Source: Octopus vulgaris
Lineage: Eukaryota
Assembly: GCA_951406725.2 (NCBI GenBank)
Contig: OX597838.1
Location: forward strand, 21,576,001-21,640,000
Length of the DNA: 64,000 bases
Direction of reading: 5' to 3'
Below the pieces are notes generated by a model that saw only the letters and a list, made by a program, of their open reading frames with translations, had not been told where the DNA came from and ran no database searches. Of the stretch, positions 13,646-27,195 are shown piece by piece. How positions within the stretch are numbered: the first letter of the stretch is position 1; the number at the start of each line of letters is the position of its first letter. The position numbers were made by a program, and so were the translations under genes.

Positions 13646-14421
13646 TAGCTTGGCATTGCTAGATGTCGTTGCTAATCTGCTGTTGAAAACTTATAGTATT
13701 TCAAGTGAAATACATTCACTGATCTACAAAATATTTGTATTTATATATATATATATATATAGTTTTTTTTAAAAATTAAAGCTGCAAAAACATCACAAAA
13801 AAAACTGCTACTCAGAGTTTCACGTTTCCGTTGGTCGGATAGTTGATACAGAATGGAAAAAATTGTGATCTCAATCGTTGTCCATTTTACTAACTAGAGA
13901 AAGACTTATAAACAAATTATCCGAAAGGATTGCACGTTGCATACATACCAAAATATCGACATGCATTCATTACAATAGAAGCACTCAAACACCCTCCTAC
14001 CCGTAACTAACTCTACTGAAAAACCCAATCCGCTGAATGCACATCCACCCATAACAGTAAGAAGAACCCACAACATTCAGAGCTATAAATAATACACACC
14101 GAATATTCACATTCACCCATTACACTGCAAACAACCCACCGGGGTTACAGTCATTAATAACCTACACACAGTACCCCGACGGAGTAATAAACAACATACA
14201 CTGTACACCCGGGATATATGTGTGTGTGCATATATATCGATGTGTATGAATCTATGTGCGTGTATGTGTATGTGTATGTGTATGCATATGCATGTATGTG
14301 TATACCTATATTGTACCGATGTATAAATCTATATACATATATGTGTATATAGGGCTCTGTATAAATGTCTGTGAGTATGTATATATACTTCTGTGTGTGT
14401 GTGTGTGTGCATGTTTATATG

Positions 14422-14452
<31 letters not shown>

Positions 14453-14557
14453 TTCTGTCTGTGTGTTCACGGATATATGCATTAGCATGTATATGTATGT
14501 GTACGTCTGTGTTTATGTGTAAAGATATATATATGGGTGTATGTGTATGTATGTATG

Positions 14558-14591
<34 letters not shown>

Positions 14592-14632
14592 TGTATGTAT
14601 GTATGTATGTATGTATGTATGTATTATGTATG

Positions 14633-14685
<53 letters not shown>

Positions 14686-14727
14686 ATGTATATGTATATA
14701 TACATGTATATATATATTATTATTATT

Positions 14728-14810
<83 letters not shown>

Positions 14811-15138
14811 AGCAGCAAAGACATCACGTTCCCGTTCGTCGGACAGTTTTTATATTCTCCCTGAAGATATTAATGCATAGCTGACCATTATTCATCCTGT
14901 CGGACGTATTTTGGATGCATCCATCGAAACATATGTAGGAAATATGAAGATATAAATGATTTAATAACATCTTGAGCGTTTGCTACCTTTTTCTATTTTT
15001 CCTATTTTTTCCTAAATACGTCTTGCCTGTCCTCTGATTCAAATCCCACACAAGTGGCTCCATTGTTTCCTAGGACACTTAAGCAACATTTAGCTACCTT
15101 GTAATTCTTTCCTCGGATCCTTCTTATATGTTGTGTGC

Positions 15139-15191
<53 letters not shown>

Positions 15192-15229
15192 TCATGTTGA
15201 ACCGTTAATCCCTTGAAATGTTTTTCAAT

Positions 15230-15360
15230 CTCTCCGTTTTTTTCCCTCTTAATCCTTTCTGTTGAAGGGCGTAGGCTCGAAACGTCAAGGACTTTTGCAT
15301 TCTTTCTGAGCGTTAAACTAATACACCTGCTTATTGTTCCTTCACCTCTCTTCGTCTTCC
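15230..15360 (+). mobile_element. Penelope-like element P1 with variant hammerhead (15253-15291)
   Basis: ccttt-CTGTTGA-a-gggc gtag gctc-GAAAC-GTC-aagg. Confidence 0.6.
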
Positions 15361-15737
15361 CTAAGCCATAAATAGATCCATAGGCAACACTTCTTTTTAA
15401 AATCTTTCAACCTGTGCTAACAAAGTAAAATAATATGTGGCTTATAGATCTGCTAGCGTCTATTTCTAGCATGTTGGTGTGCCTGTCCATATCTTTTTGC
15501 TTTAATTATATCAATATAATTATATATCAGTATAAATATTTACCTAAATGAATTTAAAATGGTGGCCACTTGATAGAATCATTAAATGGTTTTATCCTTA
15601 ATTGATTAATTAGTTAATTATAAATAAATATGCATAATTACTCCTGATCAATTAATACTTACTGCAGTATTATTTTGATCGTAAAAGCTCATGGTGTGTG
15701 GTGAAGGAATTAGATTTAAAATAATTAATTAATAAAC

Positions 15738-15808
<71 letters not shown>

Positions 15809-15880
15809 GACCGTCTTCTTTCATTTTCCGTCTACCAACTTCACTCACAAGGCTTTAGTCGGCCCGAGGGTATAGTAGGA

Positions 15881-15943
<63 letters not shown>

Positions 15944-15959
15944 GTGTTTTGTGTGTGTT

Positions 15960-15991
<32 letters not shown>

Positions 15992-16044
15992 TGTATGTAT
16001 GTATGTATGTATGTATGTATGTATGTATGTATGTATGTATGACA

Positions 16045-16215
16045 GGCTTCCTTCAATTCAGGTTCCGTCTACCAAATGCCGTCTCAAGGCTTTGGTCGAT
16101 TCGGGGTTACAGTAGAAGATACTTGCTTCCGATTCCATGCGGTGGGACTGAACCCGGAACCACATGGTTGGGGAAAAAAAAAAAAAAGCTTCTTACCACA
16201 CAGCCACGTCTGCGC
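16045..16215 (-). mobile_element. SINE family A, 5' half
   Basis: Reverse complement of the A head. Confidence 0.75.
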
Positions 16216-16534
16216 GCGTTCGTTCTTTCAAGGATGGCTTAAGTGTCAAAGGCAAAACAAGACAAAGAGGCTAATTGAGGATTGGCTCTTTTGATTTCAA
16301 GAGGGACATTCGGCCAAACAAACAATGAAAGACACTGTCACCTACATCTTATTGCATTGTCAGTCACACATCTCTTGGTACACATACATGTACACATACT
16401 GCTGCGCGGTGGTATGAGTAAGAGGATGCGTGCGCATGCGCATGTGCAAAACGATGAGAGCTAGGTACAGGTGTACGCATCAAAATACATGCGTGCGCGC
16501 GCGTGTGTGTGTATATAGAAGTGTTATTCTTTTG

Positions 16535-16740
16535 TTCTTTTACTTGTTTACAGTCGTTTTGACTGCGGCCATGCTGGAGCATCGACTTTAGTCGAACAAA
16601 TCGAGCCGCCCCCCCGCAGGACTTATTCTTTGTAAGCCGAGTACTTATTCTATCGCACTCTTTTTGCTGAACCGCTAAGTTACGGACACGTAAACACGCC
16701 AACATCGTTTGTCAAGCGATGGTGGGAGGACAAGCATAGA
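16535..16740 (-). mobile_element. SINE family A, 3' half
   Basis: Reverse complement of the A 3' module. Confidence 0.8.
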
Positions 16741-16766
16741 CACATACATACATACCGCATGTATGA

Positions 16767-16803
<37 letters not shown>

Positions 16804-16825
16804 ATAATAATAATATGTGATGATA

Positions 16826-16961
<136 letters not shown>

Positions 16962-17315
16962 GCGTATATTGGAACAGGACGTCACCAACAGTGCAAATAA
17001 CCTGAAATACGCCCGGTCCTGAAATCGAAACCGCAATCTAACGATCGTGAGGCCAACACCTTAACCCCCTAAGCTACGCGCCTCCGCGTTTATACCAGAA
17101 GTCAAAGCTAATTCTACCATCCTCAAACCGGCAGCTGTCCTCCAAACGGTTTCCGCTGACTGAGCATCACCGGCAGAGCTTATAAGAAGACACTTGACCA
17201 ATATGTCAGCTTCCGGACGGACTGGTTACCTCTAAGATTAACTCTAGGATAAGTTACCACAAAAGAAATGTCTTTGTTGAATGTTGTGTTTCTTGTCGTC
17301 GATGTATGGGTGTGT

Positions 17316-17700
17316 GAGGGCGTATGGCTTAGTGGTTAGCGTATTCGGCTCACGATCGCATAGCCGTGAGTTCAATTCCCAGCGGTGCAATGTGTCCTTT
17401 AGCAAGACATTTTATTTCGTATTGTTCCCTTCCTCTCAGCGGGCAAAAATGAGTCGTACCCGTAATTCAATGGAGCCAGCCTTGTCACGCTGAATCACCC
17501 TGAGCACTATGTGTCGCTTGAGCAGGACACTTTATTTCACGTTGCTCCAGCTGCCACCCAACTGGAAAAAAATGAGTTGTACCTGTAATTCAAAGGGGCC
17601 AGTCTTGTCACATTCTGTGTCATGCTGAATCACCCAGAGAACGCGTACGGTGGCGAGTTCGATTCCCAGTTGCGCTTTGTGTCCCTTGAGCAAGGCACTT
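17316..17700 (+). mobile_element. SINE family C (tail variant 1) with internal duplications
   Basis: Head ggcgtatggcttagtggttagc; core gtgtccttNagcaagacactttatttcacg recurs at about 17392, 17510 and 17678. Confidence 0.75.
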
Positions 17701-17989
17701 GGTAAAACACTCAAATCATGAGAACAATCTTAAGGGTTACGCGTATGTATGTATGTATGTATGTATGTATGTATGTATGTATGTATGTATGTATGTATGT
17801 ATGTATGTATGTATGTATGTACGTTTGTACGTCTGTACGTTTGTATGTCTGCATGTTTGTACGCGTGTATGTTTGTATGTATATATGTATGTATTTATGC
17901 ATGTATGCATGTATGTACGCATGTATGCATGTATGTATTCATACATGTATGTGTGTGTGTGTGTGTGTGTTGTGTGTATGCGTTTGTTT

Positions 17990-18220
17990 GTGTTTGTGTC
18001 TGTCCCCACCTCTGCTTGACAATCGGTGTTGGTTTGTTTACGTCCCTGCAAAATAGTAGTCCGGCAAAAGAGGCCGATAAAATATGTAAGTACCAGACGT
18101 CAAAAAAAAAAAAAACCAGAAAAATCCATTAGTACTGCGGGCGATTTGCTCGACTAAAATCCTACAAGCCGGTGCTCCAGCATGGCCGCTGTGCAATGAC
18201 TGAAACAAGTAAAAGATAAA
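17990..18220 (+). mobile_element. SINE family A, 3' half (diverged)
   Basis: Similarity to the A 3' module. Confidence 0.7.
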
Positions 18221-18545
18221 GGATATGTGATAAATACGAGAGTTAGTCTTTTCTAGTATACACATAAAACTTACCCATTCATAAGTTTGCGATAGCAGTT
18301 CCACTTCTGAACGTTCCACTTGATAACTCTGTCAATACAAGGATTCTAGGATTTCATTTAGAGATTCCGCGTTCTTGTCTGACACTTTTACGCCTTACAA
18401 ATCGGAAGTAATAATTCTGTATCAGTTTTGAGTGCAAAATAATTGAAAAACATTGAGTGTCATACTCAATCGAGACGATAGCGTCAATAAGCGCGAAAGA
18501 GATCATGGTCAAAACAGGCTTTTTACTGTTTAGATTATATATATA

Positions 18546-18704
18546 GGCGCAGGAGTGGCTGTGTGGTAAGTAGCTTGCTTACCAACCACATGGTTCCGGG
18601 TTCAGTCCCGCTGCCGGGCACCTTGGGCAAGTGTATTTTACTATAGCCTCGGGTCGACCAAAGCCTTGTGAGTGGATTTTGTAGACGGAAACTGAAAGAA
18701 GCCC
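18546..18704 (+). mobile_element. SINE family A, 5' half
   Basis: Near-identical to the head at 22579. Confidence 0.85.
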
Positions 18705-18881
18705 TGATCTTTCGCTATTTTTCCCTCTATGCCTACGTGAATTGTTTTTGAGTATACATTGTCTGGGAAACTCTTCTTATAGTAGAGGAAATAGCTAAAT
18801 TCTTTGGCTGCTATTTCTAAAAGTTCGGTGTGTGGTAGAGTAAATGTTTTTGCTAAACCCTAATTATATATGTATATAATT

Positions 18882-19086
18882 AGAGCGAGCTGACGCCGGG
18901 CGAAACGTTAGCACGTCTGACGTTACGTTCTGAGTTCAAATTCCGCTGAGGTCAACTTTGCCTTTCATTCTTTCGGGGTTGATTAAATAAGTACCAGTTA
19001 CGCACTGGGGTCGATGTAATCGACTTTATCCGTTTGTCTGTCCTTGTTTGTCCTCTCTGTGTTTAGCCCCTTGTGGGTAGTAAAGA
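18882..19086 (+). mobile_element. SINE family B
   Basis: gagttcaaattccgctgaggtcaactttgcctttcattctttcggggttgattaaataagtaccag. Confidence 0.8.
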
Positions 19087-19227
19087 TATATATATATATA
19101 TATCGTTTTTTTTTCTCTATCCCCGTTGCCCGCTCTGGGATCTTTCTTTCCTCTCTCTTCCTTTATGTTTCCGACGAAGAGCTCCGCTAAACGTATACCT
19201 CCCTATATATATAATAATATAATTGCT

Positions 19228-19302
<75 letters not shown>

Positions 19303-19303
<1 letters not shown>

Positions 19304-19500
19304 CTGTGTTTGTCCCTCCAATATCGCTTGACAACCGATGCTAGTGTGTTTACGTCCCCGTAACTTAGCGGTTCGGCAAAAAGAGACCGATAGAAGAAGT
19401 ACTAGGCTTACACAGAATAAATCCTGGGGTAGATTTGCTCGACTAAAAGGCGGTGCTCCAGCATGGCCACAGCCAAATGACTGAAGCAAGTAAAAGAGAG
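19303..19500 (+). mobile_element. SINE family A, 3' half
   Basis: Similarity to the A 3' module. Confidence 0.85.
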
Positions 19501-19890
19501 AGTAAACAACGAGAAAATACTGGAAAGCGAGAGGATTGACAGAAGAGTGTCTTAACGCTAAGATATGCGACGTTTGAGATCATAGATCTTGAAAACAAGG
19601 ATAAGAACGACGGGGAAATTCCATTGCCAGGAAATCCGTTGCAAACGATCTAACAGGGAAGGGCTGCAGCGGTTGGCCCATAAATTTGCATGTATAGATA
19701 CAAGCGTGCCTGTGTTGTTCAAATGTATGTTTTGCAGCCGTCTAGTCTCGCGTTCGGTCTCGCTGTGAGGCATCTTGGGTTAGTGTGGGTTAGTGTGTTC
19801 GAGTCGAGCCTCGGGGCGAGCAATGCGTTTTGAGTAAATTCGGTAGACGGAAACTGTGTGGAAACCTGTCGTATATGTAGATATACATAC

Positions 19891-19949
<59 letters not shown>

Positions 19950-20021
19950 ATATATATATATATATATACTATATATATATATATTATATATATATATATT
20001 ATATATATAATATATATATAA

Positions 20022-20062
<41 letters not shown>

Positions 20063-20704
20063 TATATATATATACATATATATATACATACATATATATA
20101 TATACATATATATATGTATGTATATATATATGTGTATATATATATGTGTATATATATACACACATATATGTGTGTTTGTGTCTGTGTTTCTTACTGTCGT
20201 CCAACATCTTGACAACTATGTTGGTTTGTTTACATCTCCGTAAGTTAATGGTTCAGCAAAATCGGCCAATAAAATAAGTATCAAGCAAGCACACACACAC
20301 ACACGATACAGCACACATACACTCACATATAACACACACACACACACACACATACACGCATACACGCTACCCCGCTCAAACACATGCGCGCACAAACTCA
20401 CACACACACACACTATAAGGGATTTTCCCGATTAAAACCTTTCAATGTGGTGCTCCAGCAAGGCCACAGTCCAAAGTTTGAAACAAGTATAAAAGATAAA
20501 GAGATGGATGATTACACACACGATCTTAGCACTTAGCACTAAAGACCCTTTATCATAGGAATACAAAATACATAAAAAGTTCATCGAGATATTAAGTTTC
20601 AGGCGGTCCAATTACAATCCAAAGAAAAGCAGTGTTACGAAACCATACGATCGTTTTGAGGAATGCGTTTGTAGTGGGCGAGTTTTCCAGCCGATACAAA
20701 TAGT

Positions 20705-20770
<66 letters not shown>

Positions 20771-20813
20771 TAAATAAATGGAGTTGAACGAAGATGTTAA
20801 CAAAATTCCTTTA

Positions 20814-20895
20814 CTCTCGACATATGTTTCGAAGACAACATGGTTTTATTCCAAAGGAATAAACGGTGTAAGATGCAATCTTCTCATCAGGAAAG
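20814..20895 (-). ncRNA. Type-I hammerhead ribozyme motif with extended stem II (intact core, GUC site)
   Basis: Minus strand: ctttc-CTGATGA-gaag...cttc-GAAAC-atat-GTC-gagag; palindromic stem III acatatgt; inner hairpin tttattcc/ggaataaa. Confidence 0.7.
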
Positions 20896-21077
20896 ATAGG
20901 GAGCCTTTATTTATTCATATATAACACACAAATTTCTGCACATGAACCCGGAGTTTCTACCCTTGGATAGATCGCTTCAACCGTGTTTCTGACGTGAATT
21001 TGCTACCCTGGTATCGGTTCATCGAATTTTCCATGTTGACGGTAAACATAGGATAATTCATTCACCTATCGATATAT

Positions 21078-21116
<39 letters not shown>

Positions 21117-21344
21117 ACTTTTACAGTGACGAGACACGGTAACTTTAGCATTCATAATACCCCTTTAGGGTTCAAATTGCTTCTGAAACGCATTGTAAAT
21201 TTTTGGGACCTATTTTACGAGAATCAAATAGCGATCTGGACATCTGGGAGTACGATATTCATTGTTACATAGGCGGTGGTGTTTAAGTTAGTTTCAATAG
21301 ATTATTTGTGATCGTTAACCAACGAGAAGAAAAAAGTCTACTAA

Positions 21345-21365
21345 TCCTCCTTCTCCTCCTCATCA

Positions 21366-21396
<31 letters not shown>

Positions 21397-21415
21397 CGTC
21401 ATCATCATCATCATT

Positions 21416-21457
<42 letters not shown>

Positions 21458-21520
21458 GTCATCATCATCGTCATCATCATCATCGTCATCATCATCATCA
21501 TCGTCATCATCATCATTCTC
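21345..21520. repeat. (CAT/CGT)n microsatellite
   Basis: Directly visible. Confidence 0.9.
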
Positions 21521-22036
21521 TTCCTCCACTTCCTCATCTCAAGTTTCCTTAAGATTGTAAGTGGTGGTCCACAACTGAAGAAATGCGCGCACACACTGGC
21601 CTCTCTGTTTTCTTTGCTTCAGGGTCTCCGTAATCGTGGCAAGGTCACCAGCTTATATTACATTTGGCTAGACCTTCGATAACATACCACACGTGCATGT
21701 GATTCTCAAAGCTCCTTTCTTCCAACACGATAAGACTCTGTAGTCCTGTTGTGTTTCTGATTATAAAAAGGGAAACCAATGTTACATTTGGTTTTCCTCA
21801 AACTAACATATCAATCAAAAATTTAATGGTTGTGAACGTAGAAATGCTATCAGCTGAAAAAGTCTGTTGCTTCGGCAATTGGCCGTTCATTGTTTATTCA
21901 TCGTGGAATACTTGCTCAAGTATAAATGAATGGCTCTCTAAATAAATATACATGATTCTGTATTTGGCAGAGCAGGAAAGTTAATTAGTTTTTTTCAATA
22001 CTCCATTAATAAACATGTTAATATTAATCTGTCTTA

Positions 22037-22412
22037 AGGCGGCGTGCTGGCCGAAGCGTTACTGCGTCGGAGAAAATGCTTTGTGGCATTTCGTCGTTTT
22101 TTACCTTCTGAGTTGAAATTCTGTCGAGGTCGACTTTACCAATTACCCTTTAAGGAGTCGATAAAATGAGTAGCAGCAAAGCACTGGGATCGATAAAATC
22201 GATTTACCCACCACCACCAAAATTTCCGGCCTTGTGCCGAAATTTGTAGCCAATATTAATCTTTCTGCTAAGGCGTCGAGCTGACAGAATCGTTAGCACG
22301 CCGAACACAGTGCTTAGCGGTGTTTCAACTGTCTTAACCTTCTGAATTCAAATTCTGCCGAAATCGGCTTTGTCTTTTATCCTTTCGGGGTCGATAAGAT
22401 AAATACCAGTTG
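22037..22412 (+). mobile_element. Two tandem SINE B copies
   Basis: Heads taaggcggcgtgctggccgaagcgtta and taaggcgtcgagctgacagaatcgttagc, each preceded by aatattaatct. Confidence 0.75.
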
Positions 22413-22578
22413 TGTAATGTTAATTAAGGTTAAGGGGTGACCTCCAAGCACCCCACTACCTAAGAAATTCCTAACAGGAGTTTCTCCACCAGATGTAGTT
22501 TAATATCATACATACATACAAGCAAAGATTCATACATACATGCATGCATACATACATTCAAACATACATACATACGTA

Positions 22579-22742
22579 GGCGCAGGAGTGGCTGTGTGGT
22601 AAGTAGCTTGCTTACCAACCACATGGTTCCGGGTTCATTCCCACTGCGTTGCACCTTGGGCAAGTGTCTTCTACTATAGCCTCGGGCCGACCAAAGCCTT
22701 GTGAGTGGATTTGGTAGACGGAAACTGAAGGAAGCCCGTCGA

Positions 22743-22774
<32 letters not shown>

Positions 22775-22788
22775 ATGTGCGTATATGT

Positions 22789-22822
<34 letters not shown>

Positions 22823-23036
22823 TATATGTTTGTGTGTCTGTTTGTCACCCCAACATCGCTTGACAACCGATGCTGGTGGGCTTACGTCCCCGTAACTTAG
22901 CGGTTCGGCAAAAGAGACCGATAGAATAAGTACTAGGCTTCCAAAGAATAAGTCCTGGGGCCGATTTGCTCGACTAAAAGGCGGTGCTCCAGCATGGCCG
23001 CAGTCAAATGACTGAAACGAGTAAACGGGTAAAAGA
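22579..23036 (+). mobile_element. SINE family A, full length
   Basis: Complete head, internal (TG)n and 3' module. Confidence 0.9.
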
Positions 23037-23599
23037 GAGAGCAAAGAGTATACACGCAAGCCTACGTGACTTGCTAGTTCTTGGTAGATTGTGATGAGCC
23101 ATCAGACAATCCCAAACCTTTGAAATGTCGGCAAACAGAAGTCTTTTGAAATCGTCATGGAAAGCACACAAAACCAGCATTAAGATATTAAGTATTGAAA
23201 AACTAAAAGAATTTTAGAAGACACCAAGAAAAAATATATTTCTCTTCATCACATATATAGTAAATTCGAGGATGTCAGGTCCTCTTTAGGGATTAAATAA
23301 TCCCAAAATTTCACTGGTTAATCACTATCATACAAGGAGGAAGTCTTGGCGATATGTTAGGGATTATTATAGTAATATGACCCTACACAAATGCTTAAAA
23401 TTAATAATCAGCTAGGGGCAGGAATCGAAACATATATATATATAGGTTTTTGGTATCTGCCATTTATTTTGGAGCTTTATAAATTATAATTTATTTGTAT
23501 TGTTTTTATAAAAAGCTTTCAACCTCATAAGATGATACAAATAAATTAATTATACATCCAGAATTCTCCATTTTCTTTTGATTCGGTAGCTTCTGCACG

Positions 23600-23780
23600 C
23601 ATTTTTTTTCTCTCCTTGTTTCTCTCCGTGTTTCTTTTCTGTGTATCTTTCTGTTGAAGAGCGTAGGCTCGAAACGTAAAAGACTTGTTTTATTTATATT
23701 TCCTGAGCGCCATACTAATACAATTGTTTGTTTGTATTCCACCTGCCTTCGTCTTTTGTTTATTTTCATAAAGCTTCCCG
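23600..23780 (+). mobile_element. Penelope-like element P1 with variant hammerhead (23646-23683)
   Basis: tcttt-CTGTTGA-a-gagc gtag gctc-GAAAC-GTA-aaaga; 5-bp stem I. Confidence 0.65.
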
Positions 23781-23829
<49 letters not shown>

Positions 23830-24797
23830 CACTCTGTTGAACCAGGGTTTATAACGGAAAACAGTAGCTCAAGGTGCTACGCAGTGGAATTGACGCTGAA
23901 ACCATGCGTTTCAGAAGCAAACTTTTTACGATGCAGCCACAGAAAGATTTAAAAACAAAAACGGATGTTATGGCCACGGTTGGGAAGCCTTTGATCATAC
24001 GTGTTCACAAAGTGATAGTACCAAGAATAATAACACCACCGGCAATAACATAACGGCTCAAAATTCTGTCTTCGAACTTTACCAGTGTTATTTTTAAGTT
24101 CCCTGGGGACGTTATGGCTTTTAGATAAAAAGAAATTTTTTAAAAAATGCAGGGTGATGGATTGCGGGGTGAAGATACGATTGCAAAGCCCACTAAAGGT
24201 CCTTGATTTCTTTTCAAATTTTCACAAGGATTAAATGACGTAAGTGGTGTAGATAAAATGAGATTGAAGCAGCTTTGACTTTCCGGTGTCAAAATTAAAA
24301 CTAGGAACAGAAATTATCGCTAAACAGTTAAACGTATGCGAGAGTCTTTCTCCTTTATCACGGAAACAATTATCGTCTGCTCGACTAATATATCTTATCG
24401 TCTGCTCACTGATGTTTTAGCGCCATCTAAACTCTCTCTCTCTCTCACTCTCTCTCCCTCTCTCACTCTCTCTCTCTCTCTGTCACTCTCTCATCTGCGC
24501 ACACGCACATACACACACACACACACATGAACACGCACACTGCATACACATATACATATACACACGCACGCACACACATGCATGTATACACACAAATGTA
24601 CACATCCACACACATAAATGACAATGTAAGCGCTATACATACGCATACACGCAGATATACATGCATGCATATATGCATATACGTACATTTATATATACAC
24701 GCTCTCTCTCTCTCTCTCTCTCACACACACGCATATATTTATACATATGTACGTGTGTGTGGGTGCAAGCATGTATGCGCGTGTGCGCGAATGTCTG

Positions 24798-24856
<59 letters not shown>

Positions 24857-25149
24857 CTGTCTGTCCGTCTGTCTGTCTCTCTGTCTGTCTCTCTGTCTGT
24901 TTGTCCGCCTGTCTGTCAGCCTCTTGCTTTTTATATTTGTTTCAACCATTGAACTGCAGCCATGCTGCGGCACTGTTTAAAGTTTGGTATTTACTCTATT
25001 AGGTCTTTTTTTTTTTGCAAACCGCCAGTTTAAGGGGACGAAAACAAACCAGCACCAATTATCAAGGAGTAGTGTGTGTGTGTGGGGGGATACAAAGACA
25101 CATATACAGACATACGGATGGACATACAGCACACAAATCACAGACGTTT

Positions 25150-25423
25150 TCATGTTGGTCGTAGTCATGATGGCGGTGATGGCGGTGGTGGAAATGGAGG
25201 TGACGGTGGTGGATGTGAAGGTTGTGGTGGCGATGGCGACGGTGAAGCTGATGGTTGTGGTGGTTATGGAGGTGGTGGTGGTGATACTGGTGGTGGAGAT
25301 GGTGATGGTAGTAGTGGTAGCGGTGGTGGTGGTGGTGGTGATGGTTGTGGTGACGGTGGTGTTGATGAGGGCGACGATAGCGGTGGTTCTGATGGTGATG
25401 GTGATAACGTTGATGGTGATGAA

Positions 25424-25475
<52 letters not shown>

Positions 25476-25550
25476 CTATTGGTGGTGGTGATAGTGGTAG
25501 CGATGCTGCTGTTGATAATGATGTTGCTTATGGTGAAGGTGATCGTGTTG
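25150..25550. repeat. Degenerate (GGT/GAT)n low-complexity tract
   Basis: Directly visible. Confidence 0.9.
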
Positions 25551-26347
25551 TTAGGAGATATTAAACAAAATTAAATAATAATAATAATAATAATAATAAC
25601 AACAACAACAACAGCAACAACAATAATAATAACAAAATAAAGCAAAGAACAATGGCATAAATTTTTTAAAATATCTTTAAAAAAAAACACACTTGTGAGT
25701 CAAATAGTTAAAAGACAGGATACGAGGGTGTGTCTACATGTAGAAAAGCTGGGCGTGAGTTCGCGCCGCGGGGAGTCTTACAAATCTATTTGTTTCTCTT
25801 TCTGTTGTTTTTCTTGTTTTTTTTTGTTTGTATTTTCAGGGGATTCTCTCCTTAATATTTGGATTGTGACGTTTCCATGTGAGTCGCGTGTCTTATCATA
25901 TACCATGTGTGTGTGTGTGTTTATTTGTATGTGTGTGTAAGGGGCGGGGGAGATGTGTGTATGTGTGTGTAGTTATGTGCAATGCACGTGCGTATGTTTC
26001 TACACGTGTGTGCGTCTAATGCATGTGTGTGTGTGTGTGTGTGTGCCTATCTGCATGCATGTGTGTATGTGCAGAGTATAAATGCATTTAAATTGCAAGC
26101 ACATGCGCGTTTAGTATTCAACACACACGCACACACACACACATACAGAGAGACACACACACAAAGGCACACACACAGGTACACACACACACACACGCAC
26201 ACACACAGAGGTACACACACACAAAGGTACACACACACACACGCACACATACACACATATGTACGTGTGCGTGGGGGTGTTGTTTTTGTTTTCTTTTGCT
26301 AACTATTCTTGTTTTTATTTCGTTTCACAACAACAACAATAATAATG

Positions 26348-26405
<58 letters not shown>

Positions 26406-26725
26406 GAAAAATAATAGTAATAGTTGTTGTTGTTGCTGCTGTTGTTGTTATCGTTGTTTTTATTCTCCTCATTATCATTATAATAATTACTAATATCATT
26501 GCTTTTTTTAGAAGAATTCCAATCATATGATAAAAAGAATGTGGTAAGTCAGACAGGCAGACAGGCGGGCAGATAGACTAGCGGAAAAATTTTACAGACA
26601 GACAATTAGATGGATAAACTAAGAGAGGGAGAGAGATCGAGAGAGATCGAGAGAGATCGCTACATAACTATATACATACATACACACATATGTGTGTGTG
26701 TGTGTATGTGTATGTATATGTACAC

Positions 26726-26772
<47 letters not shown>

Positions 26773-26789
26773 ACTATATACATACAACA

Positions 26790-26950
26790 TCTCTCTGTTT
26801 ATTTCCGTGTTCCTTTCCGTTGAAGAGCGCAGGCTCGAAACGTAAAAGACTTTCTCACTTCCCGAGCGTTAAACTAATACACCTGTTTGTTGTTTACACG
26901 CCCGTCTCCGTCTTTTGTTTGTTTGTTTTTTTTTTGTAAATTCCAACTAT
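26790..26950 (+). mobile_element. Penelope-like element P1 with variant hammerhead (26813-26848)
   Basis: cttt-CCGTTGA-a-gagc gcag gctc-GAAAC-GTA-aaag. Confidence 0.6.
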
Positions 26951-26996
26951 ATACATACATATATATATATGTACATATGCATGTATGCATTCTCTC

Positions 26997-27035
<39 letters not shown>

Positions 27036-27134
27036 TACACATATATACATTTATACATGCGTACGTATGGGTGTGCGTGCGTGTATGTCTATTTATCCAT
27101 CCATCCATCCATCCATCCATTCATCCATCTATCC

Positions 27135-27195
<61 letters not shown>

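Noticed and set aside
25076-25564. Gly/Asp-rich 162-aa ORF
   Set aside because: Degenerate (GGT/GAT)n, open in more than one frame and starting inside a SINE remnant
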